From contig CM059432.1 in NCBI GenBank assembly GCA_030390025.1, positions 148,244,001-148,308,000 of the forward strand: a stretch of DNA of 64,000 bases, written 5' to 3'. The notes beneath the pieces are model-generated. The model was given only the letters and a program-made list of their open reading frames with translations. It did no database searches and was not told the origin of the DNA. Of this stretch, positions 12,468 through 26,463 are shown one piece after another (position 1 is the first letter of the stretch; the number at the start of each line of letters is the position of its first letter). The translations under genes were made by a program, and so were the position numbers. Origin of the DNA: Squalus acanthias (lineage: Eukaryota).

Positions 12468-12744
12468 ATGGGGGCTGTACTGGCGCCACCTCGCCCTCCA
12501 GGGTCTACAGCGGAGGGAGCGTAGGCAGTGAAAAATACGGGAACATGTGCGCAGAGAGATGAGGAGGGACATCAGGGCTCTCAGCAGGAGGCCTTACCCT
12601 CCGAGGGTATTCCGAGAGCACTTCTCCTACCTCCAATTAAGCGAGGAGCAGAGTATTAGATGGCTCCGCCTCACCAAGGAGGTGGTCACAGAACACTGCC
12701 ACCTCCTCCATACAGACCTCCAGCCTCTCACCAGGATGACTTAA
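12468..12744 (+). pseudogene. Harbinger transposase N-terminal remnant
   Basis: MGAVLA...RALSRRPYPPRVFREHFSYLQLSEEQSIRWLRLTKEVVTEHCHLL matches the N-terminus of the transposase at 53586-54836. The catalytic domain is deleted. Confidence 0.8.
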
Positions 12745-14009
12745 ACCCCAGATCCCCTTTGCTCACCACATCCCCATCATTCCATCCCTGTCGCAGGCCA
12801 TATCACAGCGCAAAGCTGAAATGACAGACACCATAAAAGAATGGTAAGTGAATTAATAATTTTGTCAAAATCAGTGAACACATATTTACACCAAAAATAT
12901 TAACTGTTCACCCTTGTGCAATCCCTTATTGCCTCTCGTTACTGTGCCTTTGCCTACTCTAGTGCTCCTATGAAGTGCTGGCCCAGTGGCTGCAGCACGG
13001 CTGGTGGAAGGCTGCTGAGTGTCTGTGTGGGAGACTTCAGATGGCCTTGCAGGATGTCCTCGACCAGCTCTGGACCTGGAAGGTCCGGATGTAGACTGCA
13101 CCACCTCAGCCTGGGCGGCAGCAGTCTGAGCTGGCGGGCTGACAGGCAGCGACAAGGGCAATGGCGGAGTGGCAGTGGTGGGAGCAGGAATGCTGTCCTC
13201 CTGAGAGAGGACATCAGGTTCCTGCTCCACTGACCCACTGCCACTCCCCCGGGGCAGCACCTCAGCATTCCTAGCTATCTGTTGGAGCACAGATTGCTGG
13301 CCTGCTGTGACACCGTGAGATCCCCGGTCGACGGTGGTAGACCCAGCCACGATGGCAGCAGTCAGAGCTTGCATGGCATCAAGCTGAGACTGCATGAGAG
13401 CAGTCTGAGAATCGAAGGCACCAAGCATAGACTGCATTACAGCACGAAGACGTTGCGTCGCTTCCCCCTGTGCAGCAATGGAAGCTGCCAGATTGCGCAT
13501 CACACGTGGCATCAGGTCTGGGTCACGCTGGGAGTCGACCATCATTTGTAGACTGGAAATGATGGGCTCCATGGTGTTCGCAGAGCCTTGAACAATGCTG
13601 GAGGTGGACTCCTCCATGCTCCTTACCATTGCCTGACAGGCTCTCAGGCACCCTTCCCATTGCACCTATCATTTCCGTGTGCATGCCCATCACCCTTCTT
13701 CTAAATGCCTCCCCATCGAGGTCCTCATCTGGGTCCTGTGCAGCAGAACTTGTGCGCGAATTCGCCGTCCAGGGAGCTGGCCCCCGAGCTACCCTTTCCC
13801 CCTGGCCTTGCTGCAGCCCACTCGTCCCCGGTGCCTCACCCTGTGCAGATCCCACTATTATACTAGCCTCTAAAGAATGAGAAGTGCCAGTATCTGAGCT
13901 GCTGTCTGCGGGTGAGAGATGCAGTGACGTGGTGTCATAGTCATAGACTCAGAGTCATAACGGCATAGAAGGAGGTCATTCGGCCCATCGAGTCCGTGCC
14001 GGCTCTCTG

Positions 14010-17000
14010 TAGAGCAATCCAGTCAGTCCCATTCCCCCGCTCTATCCCCGTAGCCCTGCAAGTTAATTTCCCTCAAGTGCCTATCCAGTCTCCCCTTGAA
14101 AACATTGAGTGTGTCCACTTCCACCACTTCCGTCGGCAGCGAGTTCCAGGTCCTCACCACTCGCTGCATAAAAAAGGTTTTCCTCACATCCCCCTGTATC
14201 TCTTGCCCAAAATCTTAAATCTGTGTCCCCTAGTCCTTGTACCATCAACTAGTGGGAACAGCCTTTCCCTGCCTTGCCTATCCAAACCCGTCATAATCTT
14301 GTCCACCTCTATCAAATCACCCCGCAACCTCATTTGCTCTAATGAAAACAAATCCAGCTTCTCCAACCTTTCCTTGTAGCTAAGATCCCCCATCCCCGGA
14401 ACCATTCTGGTAAATCTCCTCTGCACCCTCTCAAGTGCCTTCACATCCTTCCAAAATGTGGTGACCAAAACTGGACGCAATACTCCAGTTGTGGCCTAAC
14501 CAGTGCTTTATAAAGGTTCAGCATAACTTCTCTACTTTTGTACTGTATGGGCTGGATTTTACCAGCCCTGAGGAGGTGGGTCTGCAGGCAGAACTGCTAA
14601 GAAAATCCAAAAAACAGGTAGGTAACAGGCAGTTAAGAAGCCTCTATTTATGAAGCCCAAGATCCCATATGCTTTCATAACCATTCTCTCAATATGTCCT
14701 GCCACCTTCAGGGACCGATGCACATTAACTCCTGGGTTCCTCTGTCCCTGCACACTCTTTAAAACTGTGCCATTAAGTGTATATTGCCTCTCCCTGTTCC
14801 TTCTGCCAAAATGCATCACCTCACACTTCTCTGTATTAAATTCCATCTGCCACTTGTTCTGCCCATTCTGCTAGCATTTCTATGTCCTGTTGCAGTCGAT
14901 TGGTATCATCCTCACTGTTTGCCACACCCCCAAGTTTGGTGTCATCGGCAAATTTAGAAATTCTACTCTGTATTCCAATATCCAGGTAATTTATATATAT
15001 CAAAGAAAGCAATGGCCCCAGCACTGACCCTTGGGGAACACCACTGTCTACCATCCTCCAGTCTGAAAAACAGCCATTTACCACAACTCGCTGGTTTCTG
15101 TCCTTAAGCCAATTCCTTACCCAAGCTGCCACTGGTCCACCTATTCCATGAGCCTCAATTTTGTTAACCAGCCTTCTACGTGGTACTTTGTCAAACGCCT
15201 TCTGAAAATCCATGTAGACAACATCCATTGCATTCCCTTCATCAATCCTCTCTGTTACTTCATCAAAAAATTCAATTAGATTAGTCAAACACAATCTGCC
15301 TTTTACAAATCCGTGTTGGCTCCCCTTAATTAGCTTAAACCTCTCCAAGTGCCTGTTAATTTTTTCCTTGATTATTGTTTCTAAAACTTTACCCACCACT
15401 GATGTTAAACTGACCAGCCTGTAGTTACTAGGATTGTCCTTACACCCTTTCTTGAACAATGGTGTCACATTTGCCACTTTCCAATCCTCAGGCACCTCCC
15501 CCACATCTAGGGGAGATTGGATAGTTATGGCAAGCCCTTCCGCTATCTCCTCCTCCAATTCCCTTAGCAACCTGGGATGAAAGCCATCTGGACCAGGCGA
15601 CTTATCCACTCTAAGCATACCCAGCCTTTTTAGAACATCCTGTCTATCAATTTTAACCCCTTTCATTGCTTCTACCTTTTCCACTTCTACTGATATTTTG
15701 TCAGCATCCACCTCCTTAGTAAACACTGATACAAAGTACTCATTGAGTATTCTAGCCTTGCCCTGCGCCTCTAAGCATATATCAGCTTCTTTGTCCCAAA
15801 TAGGCCCCACCCCGCCTCTTACTACCCACTTACTGTTTACATGCCGGTAGAAGATTTTTGGGTTCCCTTTTATGTTAACCGCCATTCTACTCTCATATTC
15901 TCTCTTTGCCAATCTTATTTTCATCTTCACTTCCCCTCTCAACTTATTGTATTTGGTCTGGTTCTCCCTTGAAGAATTCACCTGACATTCATCATACACC
16001 CTCTCTTTTTGTTTCATCATCTTCTCTATCTCCCTTGTCATCCAAGGAGCCCTTGCTTTGGTTCCCTTACCCTTCCCTCTTGTTGGAATGTACCTAGCCT
16101 GTACTTGGAACATCTCCTCCTTAAAGATCTCCCATTGTTCCATTACAGTTTTTCCTGTCAGTCTTTGGTTCCATTTTACTCTGGCTAGATCTTTTCGCAT
16201 CCCATTGAAGTTAGCCCTATTCCAGTTTAGAAGTTCCACTCTAGATTGTTCCTTGCTCCTCTTCATTGCTAATCTAAATCTTATGATACGATGATCACTC
16301 GTATCCAAGTGTTCTCCCACAGACACTTGGTTGACCTGACCCACCTCATTCCCCAGCACCAGATCCAGCAATGCCTCCTCCCTAGTAGGGCCAAGAACAT
16401 ACTGGTCAAGGAAATTCTCCTGAACACATTTCAGAAATTCCTTCCCCTCCTTTCCCTTTACCCTAGCATTATCCCAATCGATATTTGGGTAATTAAAGTC
16501 CCCCAATATCACCACTCTATAGCTCTTGCATATCTCTGCGATTTCCCTGCAGATTTGCTCCTCTACCTCCCTCTCACTATTTGGAGGCCTGTAGAATACC
16601 CCCAATAGCGTGATCATACCCTTCTTTTTCCTCAACTCTAACCAAATGGATTCTGTCCTTGTCCCCTCAAGAACATCCTCCCTTTCCAACACTGCAATGT
16701 CTTCCTTAATCAGCACTGCCACCCCACCTCCCTTTTTTCCTTCCCTATCTTTTCTGAACACCTTGTATCCTTGAATATTAAGTGCCCAGTCCTCACCGTT
16801 TTTAAGCCATGTTTCCGTTATTGCCAGAATATCATATTGCCACACAGATAATTGTGCTTGTAGCTCACCAACCTTATTCACCACACTTTGTGCGTTTACG
16901 TACATGCATTCTAAACCCATTTTTGAATTTTTCGTAGTCTTTCTTAGTCTGCTCCTATCTAATATGGTACTACTTTCGCCTCTAGTACTACTTTCTTCTC

Positions 17001-17034
17001 TAGTACTATCCAACACACTCACTCTTTTATGCAT
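14010..17034 (-). pseudogene. CR1 ORF2 (APE endonuclease plus reverse transcriptase): 732-aa open segment then frameshifts
   Basis: [53 protein letters not shown] fragment is inserted at about 14549-14640. Confidence 0.92.
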
Positions 17035-17084
17035 CTTATTCCTCTTTTCTACTCGTATACGCTGATGCCCATTCCCCTGCCAAG

Positions 17085-18014
17085 TTAGTTTAAACCCTCC
17101 CCAACAGCACTAACAAATCTCCCCGCGAAAATATTGGTCCCGGCTCTGTTGAGGTGTAACCTGTCCAGCTTGCACAGGTCCCACCTTCCCCAGAAATGGT
17201 CCAAATGCCCAAGGAATCTAAAGCCCTCCCTCCTTCACCATCTCTCCAGCCACGCATTCATCTGTTCTTTCCTCCTACTCCTGTACTCACCAGCACGTGG
17301 CACCGGGAGTAATCTGGAGATTGCTACCTTTGAGGTCCAGCTTTTTAATCTCTTTCAGCTCCTATAGTCTGCCTGCAGGACCTCATCCCTCTTTCTGCCT
17401 ATGTCGTTGGTACCGATATGGACAACGACCTCTGGCTGTTCACCCTCTCCCCTCAGAGTGTCCTGCAGCCGCTCAGTGATATCCTTGACCCTGGCACCAT
17501 GGAGGCAACATACCATCCTGGAGTCAAGTCTGCGTCCACAGAAACGCCTATCTGTTCCCCTAACCAATGAATCTCCTCTCACTATTGTTCTTCCACTCTT
17601 CTTCCTCCCCCCCTGTGCAGCTGAGCCACCCATGGTGTCGTGGCCTTGGCTCTGGCTGCTCTCCCCAGAGGAGCCATCACCCCCATCAGTTTCCAGAACC
17701 GTGAACTGGTTAGCGAGCGAGATGCACTCTGGGGATTCCTGCCTGGCCCTCCTTCTCTGTCTGGCGGTCACCCATTACCTCTCTGCCTGCACACTCTGAG
17801 GCTGCGGTGTGACCACTTCTAGAAATGTGCTCTACAAGTATTTCTCAGCCTCGCGGATGCACTGTCGTGACTCCAGCTGCCGCTCAAGCTCCGAAACCCG
17901 GAGCTCGAGTTGCTGCAGTTGGCGACACTTCCTGCACATGTGGTCGCAAGAAGCGTTCAGGATATCCCACATGGCACAGGATGTGCAAATCATGGGACTG
18001 AGCTGCCCTGCCAT
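17085..18014 (-). pseudogene. CR1 ORF1: Cys-rich zinc finger, coiled coil and SGNH esterase-like domain (broken frame)
   Basis: CTSCAMW...CRKCRQLQQLELRVSELE, then GDSLVRGTD and VHIGTND motifs. Confidence 0.8.
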
Positions 18015-19936
18015 GCCTCTGTTTACCAGACTATGGAGGTAATTTAGCAGAAATAAACTTAAAAATTAACAAGAAACACTCAACAGCTACCCACCAATCA
18101 GCACTTCCCTCTATGAGATAGGCTATCATCTACTTAGCAGAAATATACTCATACAAAAAAAACTTACCACAAATACTCACCCAATACTCACCTCTCAGCT
18201 CCCTTGTGCCAGCGACACCTTTGAATTCTGACGTAACTCCTTCATTGTGTCGCTTACCGACTGTCTCCCTCGCAGGTAGTCCGCTCACTCAGACTCTTCT
18301 CCCGCCACGCTCTCTACCGTGCCCTCAGGGACAGGCTGCTCAGCTGCTTGCTTATTATCTGAAAGTATAAAGGCACAAGAGTCGGGTTAAGGTGAGGAAG
18401 GGAGAAAGGCATGCATGCAGCATGATTAGCTGGAAAGTGCTAAACGCTTGTGGGGTGAGGGGGAAGTGGAATGTGAGAAGAAGGAGTAGGGATGAACATA
18501 CCGTTGCTGTCCCCAAGGTGGTCAATGTCGCCGGTGGCCACGGCTCCCACCACCTGGCACCCAATAATCTGCAGCACTCGAGTCTCTAGCTCAGACAGTG
18601 GTTGGATGTCGGCTTGTTCCCCCACCTGTGCGCTCCTGCTCCCTCCTGTTGTAAGCCACCTTGGCCTGCAAGAGAAAGGAAAGTGTGTGAGTGAGTATGG
18701 AGCAATGTGTTTGGGTGATGTGCCTGCCATAGTTGAATAGCTGTCATTGTGCGCAAGGTGTGAGATGTTGGTGTGAGTGTTGGTAGGTACAGATTGTTGA
18801 TGGGTGAGTGCTGGGGGTGTGGTGCTTTGTGCAGTGTGTGAGGATTGTGGTTCAGATGGTGGTATGTAGCATTTGTTGAAGCATTCACTCACCCTGACCA
18901 CCCGAGTGAGGTCGTTAAATTTCTTCCTGCACTGTGTGTAAGTCCTGGGGTCCACAGTGCTACCTCCCTCCACATGGTGCAGAAGACTTGTGGCTCTGGC
19001 CTCCTGCCACTTGTCGGGTAGAGCACCGCCCTCCGTCCCTCCACAGCGAAAACCAATGCATCCAATACTTCAGCGGAGAATCTGCGGGCTCGCTCCCTGG
19101 GGCATGGATCTGCTATGAGCATGCCTGGTTCAGTCCTCTGGCTCCTTCTCCTTGTTCTGCTTCTGCTTGCTGAGGCAGCTGCACAGCCAGCAATGCTAAG
19201 AATGAGGTGCTGCAGCATCAATGAACCTCCCCTTTAAATGGTGAAAAAAGCCTGTGGCAATGATGAGCTGCGATTAGACTACACCCGTTATTGGTCTACC
19301 CTTTAAGTCTAACACCAATGAGCTTGGGTTTTAAAACTTGATTTAGGACTCCAATCATTTTATTGAGCAGTGCAGACGAATTTTACGTGCAGTCTAAAGC
19401 ATTTGCGCTTGGCGCTAATTCTCCAACTTTTCTACTGACACCGCCCATTCCTTGGTTATAATTAATTTCTAGCCCACTATCTCCTGTTCTTTTGGTTACT
19501 GAACCAATAACATTGTTGAGCATATTTTTATACAAAGTTTATTCTGGCTCTTAAGCAGGTGACAATTATGTTGACAAACTCATGGGGTAGAATTTCCACT
19601 TTGGGCGCAATGGGCAATCCGGGCGCAATGCCTGTGCAAATGATGCTATCTCTGTAGCTCCTGGGATATTGAAAGTAACTCTGCCAATATTATTGGCCAG
19701 TAATCCCTCCTACCCAGTTCCCTGAATTATGTCATCAGCATTCATTATTTCAATTAAAGTAGACAGAAAATAGATGATTGTTAATCCTAGACTTTAACAA
19801 CTGATTTTTTTTTTAATGTAGCTGGTACTGATGCTCCTTCATTAGAGTAATTTAATACAATCCCTAGGGAAAACTGGCTTGGAGCAGTTAGTAGCCCATA
19901 GTGTAAATCAATATTAACAAAGTTACACTGATTACA

Positions 19937-20146
19937 CTGTGGAATTCTCTGCCCCAGAGAGCTGTGGTGGCTGGGTCAGTAAATACATTTAAGGTGGAGA
20001 TTTTTGCAAGATAAGGGAGTCAAGGGTTATGGGGAGCGGGCAGGGAAGTGGCTTTGAGCCCAAGATCAGCCATGATCTTATTGAATGGCGGAGCAGGCTC
20101 GAGGGGCCAAGTGGCCTATTCCTGCTCCTATTTCTTATGTTCTTAT
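19937..20146 (+). mobile_element. CR1 3' end fragment
   Basis: LWNSLPQRAV-like codons plus the conserved 3' UTR and TTCTTATG tail. Confidence 0.85.
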
Positions 20147-21471
20147 CCCAGAAGGCTTCAGAGGTGGTATAGCTTATAGAAGCATCCACTGATACAGGAA
20201 TGCGTTTGTCAACAGAATTGTTCATATCCATCCCTCCAGGAGGGACTGTAGCTGATCCCCCGGGAGCTGCTGTGTGAATCTGAACTTTATGTAATTTGTT
20301 TGAATTTTGATAGATTTCAGAAATAATTGTTGATAATGGCCTCAAAATTAGTCAGAATCCCCATACACCTGCTGCTGAAGCCGTAGGTGCTGCCCCTTCT
20401 GGTGGGGACGGGGTCATTCAAGTGACCAGGGCTAACGCAATCCATCTGCAATGGCACGTCAAGGGCTCCTGCCAATGCTGCTCGCTGATGTCAGATCAGC
20501 ACTCAGCTGCTCCAACACTGGGGCCCTGAGCTAAACAACTGCTGCTCCTCAGTTTTTATCAGGCATTTTAAGGCTAATCAATCCCCTCTTGGATCAATTA
20601 CCTTTTTCTTGGAGGGCTCCTGGGGCCTTAGCTGGCATGAGTTTTACTGAGACCCTTTAAAGAAGCCCAGGAACTCTTCCAGATACATCCCGTTGACAGG
20701 GGACATGAGCCCATCCGCCCATGCCTCCTCCCCCCCCCCCACCACCCCCAACCTAGAGTTTAAAGGGAGGGGTAAACAGAGCAGGATCCTGACACAAACG
20801 GATTCTATCTCAAATTCTGGGTGGAACTGTTCCTTTCTGCTGTCCTGGAGTTCTGGAATTTCAGGGCCAATGAGTTACAGAAAACAGTTCTTTATTTTCA
20901 GCAGAGATATGTTGAATACGAGACGTATGTGGAAGAGCCATGTGGCCTTTGACTATCCAAATGCTGGCCTTAGCAGGCTCATCAAGGGGAGGGAAGAACA
21001 GGATCCACAGTTTACAGATTTCTTTCTTAATCTCAGCTTTTCCCCAGCAGCTCCCTCCAACAACTCAGAATCTACTTCCTTTCCCCTTCATCCTACCCTC
21101 CAGCTCTCTACTAATCTCACACTTTACACAATGATATGCATCGCAAGCTAAGCCAATTACCCCAAAGTGCTTTTGACATACTAATTAACCTTGAACACTG
21201 TGGTCCCTGGTGAAATTATATGCTGTAGTGGTGATTAAAGTGTTTTTATTTCTATATTACTCCTTTGCAAAAGTCGAGGAGAAATATCTTCAAAGTTGTT
21301 GTCATGAAACTGTAAAGAAGATGCTTCCAGACATGCTGTAGTGTTGATAACACGATAGCTTTCTGGTTCAGACTTTCTTGGTAACATGTAGTGTTGATAA
21401 CCCAGGCAACTTTCCTTTATAGTATACCCCTCTTTTCTCCATCGCTCTCCTGAGTTTTGAAGAAATTCCAT

Positions 21472-22470
21472 CTTGGCATGTGGGCTTCGCTGGCAAGGCT
21501 GGCATTTATTGCCCGTACCTTTGTTATTGAGAAGGTGGTGGTGGGCTGCCTTCTTGAACCGCTGCAGTCCATGTGGTGAAGGTACTCCAACAATACTGTT
21601 AGCTAGGGAGTGCCAGGATTTTGACCCAACAATGATAAAGGAATAGTGGACGTGGTAGGTTTAGGAGGTACTGTCGAAGAAGCCTTGGCGATTAACTGCA
21701 ATATATCCTGTAGACACTATTGCCACAGTATGCCAGTGGTGGAGGGGTGGATATTTAGGCTATTGGGTCAAGTATCAATCGAGCGGATTTCTTTGTTCTG
21801 GAGGGTGTCGAGCTTCTTGAGTGTTGTTGCAGCTGCAGTCAGCCAAACAAGTGGAGAGTATTCCATCACACGCCTGACTTGAGCCTTGCAGGTAGTGGAA
21901 AGGCTTTGGAGAGTCAGGAGGTGAGCTACTCACCACAGAATACCCAGTCTCTGACCTGATCCAGAAGCCGTGCTATGTAAATGGCCGGTCCAGTTGAGTT
22001 TCTGATCAATAGCAACCCTCAGGATGTTGATGGTGGGGGGTCTCAGCAATGGTAATGCTGTTAAATGTCAAAGGGAGATGGTTAGATTCTCACTCATTGG
22101 AGATGGTCATTGCCTGGCACTTGTGTGGTGCGAAAGTTACTTGCCACTTATCAGCCCAAGCCTAGATGTTGTCCAGGTCTTGCTTCATTACTTCATTATC
22201 TGAGGAATTACGAATGGAGCTGAACATTGACCAATCATCAGCCAACAGCCCCACTTCTGATCTTATGATGGAGGAAAGGTCATTGATGAAGCAGCTGAAG
22301 ATAGTTGGACCTAGGACATTGCCCTGAGGAACTCCTGCAGCAATGTCCTGGGGCTGAGATGATTGATCTCCTACAGCCACAACCATCTTCCTTTGTACCA
22401 GGTATGGCTCCTAGTCACTGGTGAGTTTTCCCGTTAATCCCCATGACTTCCATCTTATGAGGGCTCCTTG
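21472..22470 (-). mobile_element. Decayed CR1/L2-group LINE RT fragment
   Basis: Minus ORF 22162-22386 reads GVPQGNVLGPTIFSCFINDL...LADD. Confidence 0.75.
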
Positions 22471-23056
22471 GTGCTATCAGGACCCGAACTAAATATTTAA
22501 AGCAGGACCCTATTACGGGTGTCCTGCTCGCCTGCTGAAAAGAGCAGATTAATATTGGGACCTGCTGAGAAAGCAGTGTGTCATTGCTCTTATTTTAACT
22601 GCCCCCCGCCCAGTTTTCACCAGGTGGGGGGGGGGGGGGGGGGGGAGTTAAAATCAGGGCCATGTTCTCTGGATTATTAGTCTAGTAACATAACCACTAT
22701 GTCTCCAGGCGTGTGTGGCCTTCCAGTACACCAGCCATGTGATATTTCTTCAAGTATGAGTCCAGGTAATGAGTGTTGACCGGCTATTCAATCATGGACG
22801 CACAATAACCAATGTCTTCACCCAATACCCATGCACATGCACTCATCAGTAAGGGGGGGTCACTGGATAGTAATCAGGATCGAAGATCCTGGCAGTGTTC
22901 CCCTTCTAAACCACAAAATATTGGGGTCAATCTGAGATACTTAACACTAAAACATAAGTAAAATACTGTGGATGCTGGAAATCTGAAATAAAAACAGAAA
23001 ATGCTGGAACACTCAAAAGGTCAGGCAGCACCTGTGGAGAGAGAAACAGAGTTAAT

Positions 23057-23743
23057 GGGCTGGATTTTAATGGGGAATGCAGGTTGGCGGCGGAGGGGGG
23101 GGGTCTCTGAGAGAATGGGTTTCCCGCAGGCACTGCCAACTTTAATGGCAGGGCCTGATTGGCATGCCAGGCCTCTATTTCCCACCCGCAGCCAGCCAGA
23201 TGGAGAGGCTGGCTGTCTCCGGGCGGGTAAGCCTGCGGCACTAGGTTGCACAGAGGGGGGGGGGGGGGTATCGGGGGGGGGCCAGGGGGAAGATCGGGCC
23301 AGCCTCAGCACCATCGGTGGGGGGGAGGGGGGGGGGGGTTCGGGAAGGCGATCAGGAGGCCTCGTGAGGGGGTCTCTGGTCGCGGAGGTGGGTTAGGCAG
23401 GGACCCTGGATCCAGGAGGTAGGTATGAAGGCTCTTACCTCCTGGATGCAGCAGTGCTCATGTTGCTGCAACTGCCTGGTTTCACGAGGTGTGCAAAACC
23501 CGACCAGCTACAGTTAAACACAAAATGGAGGTTAAAAAAGAGGCTTCCAGCCTCATTGTAATATTTAAATTGACGTCCCGCCTCCTGGCAGCGGGTTGGC
23601 TGCCCGCCCCTGTCCCGACCCCCATCGCGCCTCCATTAAAACTGGAAGTGGGCGGGTTGGAGGCGAGTTCAGGTCCGAATTTTACCAATTTAACTACCGC
23701 CACGCCACTAACCCACCTGTTTTTTTTGGTTAAAATTCCCCCC
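23057..23743. mobile_element. Harbinger-type MITE
   Basis: Termini GGGCTGGATTTTAA / TTAAAATTCCCCCC, flanks AAT/ATT, G-run-rich interior. Confidence 0.65.
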
Positions 23744-24670
23744 ATTCAGCACTAGAAAAAGTTAGAGATTTAACAGTTTATAAGCAAGTACAGAGCCAGG
23801 GAAAGAGTTTGGGGGTGGGGGGCGAGGGTAGGGGAGGAAAGAAGAAAAGATAATGATTCTGCTGTTTCCAGTTACAACTCCTCTTTAGTTTCTTTATTGT
23901 CCCATTACCACCCCCTTTTGCCTTGCACCATCATCCCTTCTGTCATTTAATCACTCCTGCCCTCCACCCTATCACCGACCTTCCCTTTTGTTCTTTTCCT
24001 CCCCTCTCCTGCGTCCCCCCCCCCTCTTTTTCCCTGGCTCTGTCAGCCATGGCTCAGTGGGTAGCACTCTCTCTCACCTCTGAGTCAGAAGGTTGTCCAG
24101 AGACTTGAGCACAAAAATCTAGGCCGACACTCTAGTGCAGTGCTGAGGGAGTGCTGCACTGTCAGAGGTGCCATCTTTTGGATGAGACGTGAAACCGAGG
24201 CCCCATCTGCCCTCTCAAGTGGACATTAAAGATCCTATGGCACTATTTTGAAGAAGAGCAAGGGCGTTATCCCCGGTAACCTAGCTAAAATTTATCCCAC
24301 AATCAACATCACTAAAAACAGATGATCTGGTCATTATCACATTGCTGTTTGTGGGAGCTTGTGAAAGGATATTTACTTGTCCTAGCCCCTATCCCAGATC
24401 AGGCGTATTTCTCAAATGCTCACTTTCAACTAAAGGTTGAGGTAGCCAAATCCTAAAGACGCTTAACTGGGTCTAAAGGTCCGGACTATTTCTCCCTAAA
24501 GGAAAGGAGCAACCCGAGAATGTTACCGTCCTCCAGATAGCACTTTTAATAAGTTTAGCTAGACTGTAATATCCCGGATATTAAGAGGGTCCCGAGATCT
24601 CCTTCAGAAATGTACCTCTTCACCAAAGAGTGTACAGAGATTGGGTTTGTGAGTTATTGATACAGAAGAT

Positions 24671-26031
24671 CTGGAATCTATTATAAAGGATGCAATAATT
24701 GGGCACTTAGAAACTAATAGTAAGATTGGGCAGAGTCAACATGGATTTATGAAAGGGAAATCCTGTTTGACAAACCTATTGGAGTTCTTTGAGGATGTAA
24801 CTAGTGGAGTAGACAAAGGGGAACCAGTAGATGTGGTGTATCTGGATTTTCAGAAGGCCTTCGATAAGGTCCCACACAAGAGGTTGGTGAACAAAATTAG
24901 GGCACATGGAATTGGGGGTAATATACTAGCATGGATTGAGAATTGGTTAACAGACAGAAAACAAAGAGTAGGAATAAACAGGTCTTTTTCAGGATGGCAG
25001 GCTGTGACTAGTGGGGTACCGCAAGGATCGGTGCTTGGGCCCCAGTTATTCACAATCTATATCAATGATTTGGATGAGGGGACTAAATGTAACATTTCCA
25101 AATTTGCTGATGATACAAAGCTAGTTGGCAGTGTCATTTGCGAAGAGGATGTGAAGAGTCTTCAAGGGGATCTCGACAGGCTCAGTGAATGGGCGAGAAC
25201 ATGGCAGATGGAATAAAATGTGGATAAATGTGAAGTTATCCACTTTGGTAGAAAAAACAGAAAGGCAGAGTATTTCCTCAATGGTGAAAGATTGGGGAAT
25301 GCAGATGCTCAAAGGGACCTGGGTGTCCTTGTACATGAGTCACTGAAAGTGAATGTGCAGGTACAGCAAGCCATTAGGAAGGCAAATGGTATGCTGGCCT
25401 TCATTACAAGAGGATTTGAGTACAGGAGTAAAGAAGTCTTATTCCAATTATATAGGGCCTTGGTGAGACCACACCTGGAGTACTGTGTACAATTTTGGTC
25501 TCCTTACCTAAGGAAGGATATACTTGCCATAGAGGGAGTGCAACGAAGGTTCACGAGATTGATTCCTGGGATGGCTGGACTGTCGTATGTGAAGAGATTG
25601 AGTAAACTAGGCCTGTATTCTCTTGAATTCAGAAGAATGAGAGGGGATCTCATTGAAGCATACAAAATTATTACAGGTCTTGATGGGGTGGATGCTGGGA
25701 GAATGTTTCTCTTGGCTGGGGAGTCTAGAACCAGGGGCCACAGCTTCAAGATAAAGGGTAGGCCATTCAGGACTGAGATGAGAAGAAATTTCTTCACACA
25801 GAGGGTGGTGAATCTTTGGAATTCTCTACCCCAGAGGGCTGTGGAGGCTCAGTCATTGGGTATATTCAAAACAGAAGTCGATAGATTTCTGACTAGTAAG
25901 GGCATCAAGGGATATGGCGATAGGGCCGGTGAATGGAGTTGAGGCAGAAGATCAGCCATGATCTCATTGAATGGCGGAGCAGGCTCGAAGGGCCGAATGA
26001 CCTACTCCTGCTCCTATTTCTTATGTGCTTA
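24671..26031 (+). mobile_element. 5'-truncated CR1 LINE (RT to 3' end)
   Basis: ORFs 24749-25216 and 25220-25942 are in frame and separated by one stop. Typical RT motifs and 3' UTR. Confidence 0.92.
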
Positions 26032-26463
26032 AGACTTATGTGAGACATATAAAGATTTATTAAGAGAACCGACATGCAATTTACAGTTGGTGAATCAGTC
26101 AATCGCAACGTTAACAGTTCTAAAAAGACAAAAAATACAATCATATTTTTAACAGAGAATCTTACTTTTAAATCTTAACTTCGCTACAGTAATACAGTTC
26201 TTAAAATTTTCTATACATGATATCCATCAATTATCAAATTACCTTCGATCCCCGAGGTACAAAGAGTGGAAGACCACAGAGCCGCGTCTGTAGTCAAGAA
26301 TCGCTTTGCCGATTAAAGCGAGTCTGATTATCTCATTCGAAATTCCAATATTTATACCCTTTTTCCACTTGTTTTTCATAAGGCTTCTGTTAATCCAAGT
26401 TAATTATCACTAATCATCATTTAGTTGACCTACTGAAATTCTTCCTGCCACATCATCAATAGT

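Larger units (their letters stand above)
13937..18287 (-). mobile_element. Near-full-length CR1 LINE
   Basis: 5' UTR, ORF1, ORF2 and 3' tail all present in order on the minus strand. Confidence 0.9.
12886..19221 (-). pseudogene. Harbinger Myb/SANT-like DNA-binding protein gene, 3 exons, disrupted
   Basis: Exon 1 ends at 18893 (RARRFSAEVLDALV...WREVA...QCRKKFNDLTRVVR, then GTGAGT). Exon 2 is 18665-18502 (AKVAYNRREQERTGGG). Exon 3 starts at 18358, is split by the CR1 and resumes about 13935-12886 with frameshifts. Confidence 0.75.
11964..19475. mobile_element. PIF/Harbinger transposon, internally deleted, with a CR1 inserted
   Basis: Termini GGGGGGAAAATT / AATTTCTAGCCC with 3-bp TSD ACT (11961-63, 19476-78). 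Transposase remnant on + and Myb/SANT gene on -, convergent. Confidence 0.8.

Noticed and set aside
20147..21471. Protein-like frames (19989-20345, 20693-21151, 21235-21471)
   Set aside because: No recognisable domain and no consistent splice chain or strand.
22626..22645. Long poly-G tract as a regulatory G-quadruplex
   Set aside because: It is a homopolymer inside a MITE remnant with no supporting context, and its length may be unreliable.
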